Source: Octopus sinensis (Eukaryota). From it: a stretch of DNA of 64,000 nt. Below are positions 51,724-64,000 of the stretch, in pieces. The stretch lies in NCBI RefSeq assembly GCF_006345805.1, contig NC_043001.1, positions 74,462,001-74,526,000 on the forward strand, written 5' to 3'. The position numbers and the translations under genes were made by a program. The notes under the pieces are model-generated. The model was not told where the DNA came from, did no database searches, and worked only from the letters and a program-made list of their open reading frames with translations. Numbering within the stretch: the stretch's first letter is position 1; each line of letters begins with the position of its first letter.

Positions 51724-53886
51724 TGATAATAATCCTTGCTTATTTTAGCAGAAGATCTGAAATTTTCAGGAAGGGGTTAGTTGATTACATTGATCTCAGT
51801 ACGTAACTGGTACTTATTTTATTTTGGCACAAGGCCAGCAACTTTAGGGGAGAGGGTAAGTTGATTACATTAACTCCAGTGTTCAACTGGTATTTTGTCC
51901 TTTCAGGTGCTGTGCTGTGTTAACACACCTGTGCTGGTGCTGCATAGATGCACCCATGCCAGTAGCCTGTAAAAAGCACCCAGCACACTCTGTTAAGTGG
52001 TTGGGCATTACGAAGAACATCCAGCTATAGAAACCATGTCACAAAAGACAGCTAGAGTTTGGATAGCTAGCCAGCTCCATGTCAAACCATCCAACACATG
52101 CCAGCATAGAGAGCAGACGTTAATGATGATGATGATGAACCCTGAAAGGATGAAAGGCAAAATTGACCTTGGAGGAATTTGAATTTAGCAAGTAAAGAGC
52201 AGGAAAAAATGCTACTAAGAATTTTATCTGATGCACTAAAATTCTACCAGCTCTGAGTCTGATGTGGATGAATCATTATAATGTTGCTACAATATTCATT
52301 TTTATGTTTTCAATTATTGCTTGCATAAATTTATATTGATTCTGCCTTTGTTTGGAATGAAGCTCAGAGGTCAATAGTACTTTTACTTATTGTAAGTTCT
52401 TATAAAGCAAGTGTATAATCAAAGGAATTCCAGCTATCCATGACCAGCTCATCTTATTATTTTCAGACATCGCTTATTTAGGAATACATTATCACTCTTT
52501 CCTTTTGGTTTTGTTTTTTGTGATCTCCCTTCTTTAAGACAGCAGTGTGTGATTTAAAGGAGATTTAGCTGATATTTCTAACAGGCTGAGTAACTTTGCT
52601 AAGACTCCCTTGTTGGTTAGTACACTTAGTTATATATTAGCAGTTATTTTACTAAATTCTACAGAAATATAATAACAAATGGCTTAATCATGTACAAATA
52701 TTAGAGGTCATTGTTATAGTAAAATATTTCAAAATTTCTATTGGTAAAGCACTGTAGAATACCAATTGTCAGGTTTACTTTTAAATTCTTATTTCTCAAA
52801 GATAACCCATGCTAGCATGGAAAGCGGACGTTAAATGATGATGATGATGATGATGATTAACAATTAATATACAATTATACAACAAAGCCCTTTATTCTCT
52901 TATAGATGCAACCCCCCATCCCTTACTAGAGCCCAAAATCTGATAATTGATACATTCAGTAAAGATGTATCTTTTAACGAATTTAAGAGGACAAATTAAT
53001 TTTCATTGTTAAACTTTGACAAAGTTTTTTGTTTCCATTACTTGACTTGCTATAATAGATGGAATAAAAATGTCAGTCCTTGCTTGTTTGGGGCAAAACC
53101 TAGGAAAATCTAGGAAGATATCAATATCACTTTATCAGATATATTGATAAAATTGATATAAAAAAAAATCATCATCATTTTAACGTTCATGTTCCATGCT
53201 GTCATAGCTTGACATTCTGACAGAATTCAATGGTTCCAAGGACTGTATCATACTTCAGTGTCTGCTTTGGCATGGTTTTTATGGTTTGATGCCCTTCTTA
53301 ATGTCAGTCACTTTACAATGTGTACTGGGTGCACCAGCACTAGTGAGGTTTCCATTGCAGCTTGAGGTGATCAGTAGAAGAGTAGTCAGAGGAAGGACAA
53401 GAGAAAGGGGAGATGGCATATAGTTGGGTAAGTTGCAGGAGAGTATGTGAGGGAAGGAGGAGGAAGGGAGAGAGAGAGAGAGAAGCAGGTGTAAAAGCTA
53501 TCAATGTATATAATACTGTAAAAAATTATGATTTCCGATTTAGGCACAAGGCTAGTAGTTTGTGAGAAGAGGGTTGGTAGACTACATAAACTCAAGTACT
53601 TGACTAGAACTTTATTTTACTGACCTTAGAAGGATGAGAGGCAAAGTTAACTTTGGAGGGATTTGAAATTCAGAGCATTTAGAGCTGGAAGAAACACTTC
53701 AGGACAATTTGTCTGAAGCCTCAACAATCCTGCTAATCTACCACCCCAATACTATCAGAATAATAAACACTACAAGGAAAAAATGATGCTTTTGAAGAAA
53801 GAGGAAAAAGAAAGTCTATCAAATTTTAAAAGGAAATGGCACAGACCTGCTTGTAAAAAGAAAAAAAAAAGAGGCAGCTATAATTA

Positions 53887-55034
53887 CACTGGTTTACAGA
53901 GAAATCGAAGCAAACATAAAAATAGTTGTTCTAGCCTGATTTTAGAGTGCTGATTTCAGATACAAAACCAGTTTTCACTCATCACCTCTAGTTTTTAAGA
54001 TATAAATTATGATTTTGCAACAATTTACATAACCATATATATCATCAATTTTTATTTTGTTTTCTTGATTTTTGTGATACTTATGATACATGTCTCTACA
54101 ATGGCTTCAGGCACTTCAAAACACTTAGGATGCATCAACAAGGCAAATTCATTCTGCTACATGTATGGAGATTTTATGACAGTTGCACAGCCTTTAACTT
54201 TGCTGTCCTGAGGGTCTGGAAAGAGCCATGAAGCCATGCAGATGATTGTTATTTTTGTCTAACAAATATAACAGGTTTCAATGTTTCTTCTAGAAAAAAG
54301 ATCAAATATCCCAACCTTCCCTCAGCTATGACACCTGTTCCCCACTCAGATGATCTCCCTTTCCCTACACCTCCAGCAAATAAGGATCTTCCTTCATCAG
54401 ATGAAGAAATGCTTTCAGGGGAAGATTCTGCCAAGTTGATCTAATCTGAAGACAATGTCTGTTTATTCAGGAGCAAGTGGCAATGAGCCCCACTGGATCA
54501 CGCAGGAAGACTTGAATGACTTTCCCCATGATTTGAATCTATCTAAGCAGCAGTCAGAGCTCCTGGCATCCCAGCTTAAGCAGTGGAACCTGGTGAAGGC
54601 AGATGTAAGGATCACCAGTTTCAGGACATGGCACCAGGACTTTGCTTCATCCTTCAACATGGAAAACAGGTTGTGCTACTGTACAAATGTCTCTGGCTTG
54701 TTCACCTTCCTTGGTTTCGCACACAATCCCTCAGACAAGCATCTTTTCACAGACTCTTCCAAGCGAAGTCTGAATCTGCACTCCTGCACAACTGGGAATA
54801 AATACCCCAGCATTCCTATTGCCTACTCAGTCCATCTAAAGGAGTCATATGACAATATGGAGCTCATTTTAGAAGCTGTTAATTATTAATTAAAATGGGA
54901 TATGTGAAAGCAAAAACACTAGAGGGGATAGAGCAAAACTGTTCAGAAAATTGAATTCACAATATCAAAATTAGTAAAAAAACATCTATTCACATCCTTA
55001 CTTCAGAGCAAAAAAAAATTTTTGTAAACCAGTG
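53887..55034 (+). mobile_element. Chapaev3-like (CMC superfamily) DNA transposon, internally deleted
   Basis: TIRs CACTGGTTTACA...TGTAAACCAGTG with 3-bp TTA TSD. Transposase remnants MASG...CINKANSFCYMYG (from 54101) and ORF 54455-54889 (DLNLSKQQSELLAS, LFTDSSKRSL, YPSIPIAYSVHLKESY). Family assignment is from recall of these motifs. Confidence 0.75.
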
Positions 55035-55515
55035 TTATTGTTTCTAATCTGCAGTTTTGAAGGGATATAGCTCATTGCTATTTCTGGTTGGTGCATTATT
55101 TTATTGACCTTGGAAGAATGAAGGGCAAGTTAACCTTGGTTGGATTTGAACAGGAAATGTAAAGATCCATAACTGAATACCAGAAGGTATTTTGTCCAAT
55201 GCTCTAACAATTCTACCAACCCACTGTTCTTACAAACAATTATAATAAATAAAAATCAACAAGAAAATTATTATAGATTACAACTAGAAACAGTGTGTGT
55301 ATCTTATTAACTCCACTAATACATAGACACACTCTGTCAACTGTACTCCTTAGAAACTATCTTAATTATAGATTAATGAGGATGAGTTCAGAACAAAACA
55401 GCAGAAACCATTTAATAAATGTTTAATTGCAACATTTATGTTAGTTAGCACCTTAAAAACATGTTGGAAGAAATAAGTCAATTATAATTTAGAAGACTGA
55501 AAGTACACACATACA

Positions 55516-55550
<35 letters not shown>

Positions 55551-55794
55551 AAGTGTTATTTATACAATATCACAAATTTAGTCAACTCATGTTAGTAACA
55601 TGAATTGGCTGCAATGAAACAAAATTTATAACATTATATAAAATAATATATCCATTCTATTAACCAATATATCAGTACTTGTTTTAGAGAGAGAGAGAGA
55701 AGACTATATATACATATATATATATATATATATAGGGAGAGAGAGAGTAATTTATTAGATACATACAAACCATAGCATTGCCCTAAATACTCAT

Positions 55795-55836
55795 GACTGT
55801 CTGATGATCAGTTTTGTGAAACTCTGAGTCACATTT
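55795..55836 (+). ncRNA. Degenerate type I hammerhead motif
   Basis: GACUGU-CUGAUGA-U-CAGUUUUGU-GAAA-CUCUGAG-UC-ACAUUU: core boxes and GUC intact, stem II very weak; AATAAA follows ~20 nt later. Confidence 0.5.
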
Positions 55837-56395
55837 TGTGAAGTTTTTCAGCTTTAATAAAACACTGTTTTACTTTTTGGTACTTGATTACTATTTTCTC
55901 CGCCTTGCATGTGTGTGTGTGTTTTACATGGCTAAATAAATGTGAACAAAGATCTTGGCCAACAGTTACCCAAATGGGTTGCCTAGGTGGAAGGAAAATT
56001 TAAGAGGCAAGTGAATGATGAGGTATGCAACACTATATTTCATTATATCACCCACAGTGGAGTCTTACTAAAATGTGAACTAATTTTAAAGTGTGGTAGC
56101 TGAGACAGTAGTCAGATGGCTGATTTACTATCACTAAACTGATTAAACTAGAAAAATGAAACTGCGTTCTGAATAAATTGTAATGTTATAATTATAAATT
56201 TCATCTATTATATTCTATATTAGTGTGCAATCCAAAATTCTAAATACTTTTTGTAGAGTATATAAAGAACATTGGAACTAGATGTATAGAGAGCAGAAGA
56301 ACAATAGTCCAATATAATTTGTGGTTGTAGTTAGATGCCTTTAATATTTGGAATGTGAATGCTGTGCTTCTAAGTAATGACAGACACTTGTATGC

Positions 56396-56427
<32 letters not shown>

Positions 56428-56573
56428 AGTTGGGTGTGTGTACATATATATGTATGTATAGTTGGGTGTGTATATTTATATATATATATATATGTGTATA
56501 TGTCATAGGGAACAATTAAATGGAATAAGTTCCTACAGTATTGCTTATTAATTAATTGAAACAAAAAAAAAAC

Positions 56574-56579
56574 TTTATT
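56574..56579 (-). promoter_or_regulatory. Candidate AATAAA polyadenylation signal of H6PD
   Basis: AATAAA on the minus strand 18 nt after the stop, followed by a T-rich stretch. AATAAA is common in this AT-rich DNA, so support is weak. Confidence 0.3.
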
Positions 56580-56597
56580 TTTCCTGCTCTCATCTGA

Positions 56598-58192
56598 TCA
56601 CACTCCAAGCCATGCAGCTGAATCTACAAACCAAGCAAGATGTCCAGCATTTGGCTGAATATTTTGAACAGGATATTTAAGTCTGTCACTTTCTGAACTA
56701 ATGCTGTTTAAGATGTTATGTTTTTCTTTACCAGTCACAAAAAGAGCAATATTTTTAGACATATTAAGAAAGTCAACAGTAAGCGACATTCGTTTATCCC
56801 CTCTGTTGGCAGCATTAGTCAGAATCACTTTCCTTGGGGTTGTTAAGGTTAAGGATTTATCATGTGGAAATAAAGAAGCTACATGACCATCTTTTCCCAG
56901 CCCAAGTACAACATAGTCCAGCCCATTGATTACAGAATTAGATAGCTGTCTCTCATAAAGAATGTCCCCTTCATCTTTATCAGTGCAGAGAGAGCCAGCT
57001 ATTGATACTGGCATTGGGTGAAGGTTGACATAGGGAATGTTAATATGTTGTAAAAGTTCAGTAAACAATAAATTGAAATTAGATCTGTGACTGTTTAAAG
57101 GCTGACATCGCTCATCAACCAACCAGATGTGAGTGTTAACCCACAAGTGGAGGGGGTAAATTTCTCTTAATTTACGGAAAAGCAAAGCTGGTGTTTTACC
57201 ACCGGAAAATCCAATGTGGAATGGCTTCTTCTCTTTAATCAATTTCATTGAGATTTCAATAATAGATGAAGTTAATTGCATGGCCAATGCACCAGTTGAA
57301 TTCACATAGAGGTTTCCACCAAGAAAGTGTTTTGGTAATTGAGCAAATACTGGTTTGTCTGAAGTTGGCTTCACATATTTTTGCTGTAAATGTTCACTCT
57401 CAACGAATGCTAATTGTTTATTAATAATTGTAAAATCCAAAGTATTGTTTCGTGTGTAAAGTTTGGGACGTTTTGCCAATACATTAAGACTAGTTTGCCA
57501 AATATCCCACATACTCATTAATTGACGGGTTCCAACAAAGTTAGCTTGTTTACCGTTTACTATATCTTGAACCACTTGTATATAAGCATCGGTAGTTTGA
57601 CCAGGAACACCAGTTTGGTAGGTAGACATCTCAGAACCATAAGCAGGAGGCTGAGACCACATTTTAGGTACAACATCCTTAGGCCAGAGAGCTTTGTGAA
57701 GAGACCATGGTACAATAATGCAGGGCTCTTTCATAACACCATAGTTGATATGAAAAACGATTTGTTGAATCCTCTCATTATCAGTAGTTGGTGGAATTTT
57801 GAATACATTATTTTTGAAAATAATTCTAACATAAGTGGTCCTTTCATCCATTTGTTTGCCAGCCACAAGGACAAATGGGACATCCTTCCATCGTGCAGAT
57901 TCTATGTGAAGCAAGGCAGCTGCAAATGTTGGTGTCTTGACTGATGAAGATTTATTGATACCTTCTTTCTCTGCTTCTTGCATATAGTCTTTATACTGAC
58001 CGAAAAGAAGAGACTTGACTTTCATTGGTTGCACTTGTTCAAGGAGAGCAATTTTCTTTTCTTTTATTTCATCAATGTTGTCTACATTTCCATCAGTAGG
58101 AAGTTCCATTGAAACTAGTGTAAGTAACTCTGTCAGGTGATTTTGCATCATATCACGAAGTACACCTACATTATTGTAAAACTTCGTTCTTC
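56598..58192 (-). CDS. H6PD: Hexose-6-phosphate dehydrogenase (GDH/6PGL bifunctional), terminal exon
   Basis: Minus-strand ttttccAG|ga acceptor. G6PD-like C-terminal part (GRTKFYNNVGVLRDMMQNHLTELL, WKDVPFVLVAGK) fused to a 6-phosphogluconolactonase domain (FSGGKTP, LVDERC, GKDGHVASLFP); TGA at 56598-56600. Confidence 0.95.
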
Positions 58193-61100
58193 CTGGAAAA
58201 AATAAAATAAAATTAAATATATACAAGTTTAGAAATAGTGATGTATGATGAGAATTATTTTGTTTCCCTAAATACTTACCACTTACTGATGTGGTGTACC
58301 CAGCTGGGAGTAAATGTGGTGCATGCTCCTCACCCAGGTAAATTAAAAAAAAAGTTGGTGTTTTTTTAAATACGGAGAAAACCCGCCAAGCCAGGTGAAA
58401 TCATAGTCGTGGCTGATGCCAGTGTCATGTAACTGACACCTGTGCTGGTGGCACATAAAAAGTACCCATCAAATGTTGGGCTCATGGAGGCAGTGTCAAG
58501 TTATCGAGACCTTTGGTGATATACTGTGCTTGAAAAGACCTGTCAAACCAGGTGAAATTATAGTCATGGCTGATGCCAGTGTTATGTAACTGATACCTAT
58601 GTCGGTGGTACATTTTAAAGCACCCACTACACTCTTGGAGTGGTTGGCATTAGGAAGGGCATCCAGCTGTAGAAACTCTGCTAAATCAGACTGGAACGTG
58701 GTATAGCTCCCCAGTTTACCAGTTTTCAGTCAAACTGATGATGATGATGATGAGCATGGATAACTATTTATTGCAACTTTTGTCAGTTTTCTTTTGTTTC
58801 TAAATTGCCAAACCACACATTAGACAATCTTAATTCTGGACTCATGGCTGTGTAGTTAAAAAGCTTGCTTTGCAACTACATGGCTCTGGGTTCTGCTCCA
58901 GAATGCAACACCTGGGGCAAGTGCCTTCTGCTGTAACTTCAGGTCAAGCAAAGCCTTATAAGCAGACTTGAGAGATGGAAACTGAAAGTAACTTGTCATA
59001 TGTGTGTGTGTGTGTGTGTGTGTGTGTTAGTCCCACCAACACCACTTGACAACCAGTGTTGGTGTCTTATATTCCTGTAACTTAGTGGTTCAGCAAAAGA
59101 GACCGATAGAATAAGTATCAGGCTAAAAAGTACTGGGGTTGATTCATTCAACTAAAATTTTTCAAGGTGGTGCCCCAGAAAGGCCACAATGAGTGAATCT
59201 AATCTCTCTCTCTCTATATATATATGTATATAAATTGATGCATATCTCAACTCAAAGTTTGTTGTGACAGGTGTACTAGAACAGTTATCAGTGAAAACCA
59301 CCATGAAGAGAGGTCAATGAATTGTTTAATTAACTAATGATAACAATAATAACAATAACAGCAACAATAATTATAATATTTTAAAAGGAATGATGTAACT
59401 CTTCACAAAGGTAAGCAGACAAGATGAAGAGCGTGATGCAATTGCAACAGATATTTTATTGGTTGAGCGATATTTTGACAGCAAGCCTGTTTTTGTCAAG
59501 TTCAAAATAAAAAGTGCTAAAAATTGAAAATTATAGGAATTCAAATCTAAAGTATGAATGAGAGCAACCAGTGTCCACATGTTGGAATGACATAATCAGT
59601 CTTTAAGTTCCAATTTTATAACTGGTTATAATTATAATAATGCCCTGCTGCTGCTGCTGCTGATGTCCTGATGCAGTACCAGGCACTAGCTCTCATAGCT
59701 TCTGATCTTTACTGATTCTATATACTGTTCATGCAGTTTTGGTTACTTTTTCTAATGATTTATAGTGCACCTAAGCACTGTATACAATAATTTCAATATA
59801 TAAAATTTTCAATTCAAGTTAAGTCATACACTCTTAACACAAAATATTAGCAAACACCCTTAACCTTTATTAGAGTTTTTTGGTACATTTCCAATCCCCA
59901 ATCTCTCTCCTTCTCCTAAGTAAGATTTACAAAATATTGCATATGATATCTGGAATATCTATTTGATCTGGAAATTTTTTTTTTTTTTTTTTTTTGTACT
60001 TGTTTCAGTCATTTGACTGCGGCCATGCTGGAGCACCACCTTTTGAGTACAGCAGGGATCACCACCTCCTGCCGGAGCCTCGTGGAGCTTTTAGGTGTTT
60101 TCGCTCAATAAACACACACAACGCCCGGTCTGGGAATCGAAACCGCGATCCTCCGACCGCAAGTCCGCTGCCCTAACCACTAGGCCATTGCGCCTCCATA
60201 ATAATAATAATAATAATGATAATAACAAATGCCCTGATGTTGTACCAAGCAGTGACTCTTATGACTTCTGATCTCAACTGATTGGAAGTGTTATCATGTA
60301 CATACTTTGTCTTGGTGTAAAAGATAGGCTAGAGCAAATATTCCAATCAGTACAACAGATTTACTTGTCATTAGCTTGACCTTAACCAGTTGAGCATCTC
60401 CCTTCATGGTTGACAATTTGTGCATCTCTGATCACAGACAGGTATAGTGGAGTAACATCATAGCCATGTGATGAGAGGTATTCTTTGGAGTTTGAATAAC
60501 TCACCCCTGGAAACATGGGTTGTTTTGCTCATCATCCTTACACAAAGGGACCTTTTGAATGGGATGGGCTACTCGACTGGAAGAAAATTTTAATTGGGCC
60601 CCTACCTGCAAAGTCATGCACTGCTTATCTTGACATAAGATCACCATATTTCACATATGATGTTGTGATGTATGTGCCTGGTGTACTTTTATCAGATAGG
60701 TAGTCATGATGGGTATATTGGGCTTCATATATTTGTACTCCAGTGTCACTTTGATGAAATGCACTGCTCTCTCACTCAATAATAATTATTTCAAATTTTG
60801 GCACAAGGCCAGAAATTTTACAGAAGAGTGGGTAAATCAATTACATTGAACCCAGTGCTCAACTGGTACTTATTTTATTGACCCTGAAAGGATGAAAAGC
60901 AAAGTCAACCTCAGTGACATTTGCTCAGACTATAACACTGAAAGAAATGTCATTAAGCATTTGTCCAGTATTCCAACGATTCTGCCAGCTGGTCACCTTA
61001 ATAATGGTTTTAAATTTTGGCTCAAGGCTAGCAGTTTTGGGAGAGGGATAAGTTAATTACATTGATCCAAGTGCTCAACAGGTACTTATTTTATCACCCC

Positions 61101-63724
61101 CAAAAGCATGAAAGGCAAAGTCATCCTTGGTAGCAATAGTAAAAATAATTCTTTCTAATTCTGATACATAGCAGCAGTTTTGACGTGGGGACATATGTTG
61201 ATTATATTGACCACAATAATTAACTAGTACTTCATTTTATTGATCCTGAAAGTTTGAAAGGTAAAGTTGGCCCTGGTGGAATTTGAACCCAAAATGTAAA
61301 GAGTTGTATGAAATACTGCAAAGTATTTTGCCTGATGTGCTAATAGTTCTATTAATTTGCAAAAATAGCAATAATGATGATGATGATGATAATGGTGACT
61401 ACACCACCACCACTAAATACAACTCATGTACACATGTCTATGAACATACATGCATCAAAACTTCAATACTGAGAAAATGGAGGGGAAACAACTCACACTC
61501 TCTTACAGCAAGCTGTTCAACCATGGTGAGTCAGGTAAGAGCATGACCAGTACAGTTATAGTTGGAATACACTCAATCACAAATCTCAGTGAACAAGGAC
61601 AGGCCAGCCTTGCCCATATCGTCTTTTCTCAGATGTAGTGTATCTAGGATTATATTGTGTCTGACCTATTTTAAGATGGTTTAAGGGTGATTTGGTGGCT
61701 ATTTCTAATAGGTAATGCAACAGAATAGAGACTTGTTCTTTGAGTGTAGATCAAGTTTTCAAAATTGACAAGTACAAATACACCACCCAGAAATATCAGT
61801 GAAATTATTTGACCCCCACATTTTTATTCAAGAGAAAACAGAACAAAATTGCCTTCATGTAATTCTTCTTTATTCACTTAGGTGTTGGACAAATTTAAAG
61901 AGCTTAAATCTATCCTAATTTTATTAAACATAGCAATCTTCCGTCTCCTTTCACCTCACCCAGAAGCCACCCCTATGAGAAGCACTGCTCTGAATAGCAA
62001 TGAAATGAGATCAATAGAAAGAGTGACATTATAGAGTTACAGAGAAAAGAACCTATTTTCATGAGATTCTTGGCTTATTAAATTAGTATCATCTGTAAGC
62101 ATCAATTAACATCATCAGTAAACATTAATATCTTTTATTTCCAGCAACTTTCTTTTCAAACTGACTTTAGCTCAACTATTTCCGGTCAACACTTCATATA
62201 TGGTTTAATTAGACCCTACTATTTCTCCTCATTTCAGAGCTGACTAACTTTACTTACTCTCTTTTACTTGTTTCAGTCATTTGACTGTGGCCATGCTGGA
62301 GCACTGCCTTTTAGTCGAGCAACTTAACCCCAGGACTTATTCTTTGTAAGCCTAGTACTTATTCTATCGGTCTCTTTTGCCGAACCACTAAGTTACGGGA
62401 ATGTAAACACACCAGCATCGGTTGTCAAGCAATGTTGGGGGGACAAACACAGACACACAAACATATATATATACATATATATGATGGGCTTCTTTCAGTT
62501 TCCGTCTATCAAATCCACTCACAAGGCTTTGGTCGACCTGAGGCTATAGTAGAAGACAGTTGCCCAAGGTGCCATGCAGTGGGACTGAACCCAGAACCAT
62601 GTGTTTGGTAAGCAAGCTACATACCACACAGCCACTCCTATGCCTACTTACTCATATATTTCAATTGTTACATGCATTCAGGCATCTAATTACATGCATC
62701 ATTGGAACCAAATGTGACAGGTGCACAGAAACAATAAACAATAAGAGCACAAGAAATGTATAACTGCTATGCTGATGATGTCTACTAATGCTCAGGAGTC
62801 ACAGAGTAACTGCAAAGGAGAGAAAAGATGCCAGAAAATTGTCTGAAGCTGTTGAGAAAGCAAGCCATTACATCTGGCTGAGAGAAGATGAGTGATGCAG
62901 CAAGATTAAGTGTTTAGGATGATACAAACATCTGGCCCAGAATTGCAACAAAGCTTGTGGTTTTATGAGGGAGTTTTGTTGGCAACATTGGTGGGTGGCC
63001 CTGGGTAACTTCAGTGTTGAATAGGAAGGGGCTGAAATACCTAAAGAGCTTCTTCACCATTTGATGAGACATCAACTCCAGTATTCAGACACAAAGTACA
63101 ACAGCACCCTCAGCATAGAAGTATTCACCCTCAATGATAAAAAAACAACAACAAAAAGAAACCATACCATATATTCTGTCTCTTTTAGAAAACTGAATAA
63201 CTTAAGTAATAGCCTTCTTTAAATAAGTATTATTTATTTGTTTTACTTCATATCCTATTTGGTGATCAACAGCATCCTTAGTTATAGGTTTCCAATAAAC
63301 CAATAACTGCATCACTGTATGATGGTGAGAATGATAAAGGAGTATCTGTAACTCGGTGTTGAACAAACATCACAAAGAACTTCATTGAAAGAACATTGCT
63401 TTTCCAATTGTCTTACTTATGTCTACATCTTTTGCTATCATAGAGTGGCAAAATTTACCTTATATATATGTAAACAGACACACATTACATAGATGATGAG
63501 CTTTCATACCATTCTTATTTATGAAATTCAGATCACAAAATATTGGTCAGTTGGTGGCTATAATATAAATACAGTGCAATATGAATCAAACATGGAACTA
63601 TGGGTTATAAAGTCAATTTCTTAACCACACAGCTATGCTTGAGTCCTTAAGGAAGTTGAAGAGAATTAGAAGAACACAATAGGGGAGAGCTCACAAGATA
63701 AAATAGTAATCTGCCAAGACTTAC

Positions 63725-63816
63725 CTTTGACACCAACGTATTCTTTGCTGACAATTTCCACCCTTTCTACATGATGTCTGTTCAATAGAGGTTCCAACCA
63801 ATTTTGGTTTTTAATC
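63725..63816 (-). CDS. H6PD: H6PD penultimate coding exon
   Basis: Minus-strand tgtAG|g att...aaa g|GTaagt; 92 nt, phase 2-1; IKNQNWLEPLLNRHHVERVEIVSKEYVGVK joins in frame to GRTKFY and matches the H6PD NRHHVERVEI motif. Earlier exons lie beyond 64000. Confidence 0.92.
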
Positions 63817-64000
63817 CTACAATACATACATACATATATTACATACATGCATACATACGTATATACATCTATACCTTGATACTGTGTGGACTGGGATCCC
63901 AGGTGATAGGGCACTGACATTAGATAAGTGTTGAAGTCTTATAGTATGCAAATTAGTAGCCCAGTGCCCTGAAGCTACAGAAATGGTAGTGTATATAAAT

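Noticed and set aside
57522-57944. Plus-strand 140-aa ORF
   Set aside because: Antisense to the H6PD exon; no recognisable motifs.
62755-62960. YADD-like reverse transcriptase remnant
   Set aside because: Only a four-residue match with stops nearby; insufficient to annotate.

Overview
Eukaryotic genomic DNA, AT-rich and dense in microsatellites, SINEs and transposon remnants. The repeat families look like those of an octopus genome (inference from recall, not a database search). Two genes are supported by exon chaining with consistent splice sites and phases. (1) + strand, 868-32519: the 3' 12 exons (~568 aa) of a mosaic S1A serine protease, LDLa x5 - SRCR - protease domain. Its catalytic triad is intact, but it has an unusual Tyr|Leu-Ile-Gly-Ala activation site and Ser189. 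Its 5' end lies upstream of the window. (2) - strand: the last two coding exons of H6PD (63725-63816 and 56598-58192). Mobile elements include a mariner, an IR/DR Tc1, a Tigger/pogo remnant, a Chapaev3-like element, paired pogo-type MITEs, TTAA MITEs, RTE and CR1 fragments, and several tRNA-derived SINE families. The most notable non-coding signals are four hammerhead-ribozyme motifs and several long foldback hairpins. One hammerhead has an intact core and lies in sense orientation in a protease intron, and two belong to a tRNA-headed SINE with an inverted, Penelope-style tail. One foldback is a 112-bp stem whose mismatches are almost all G-U in the host transcript strand.
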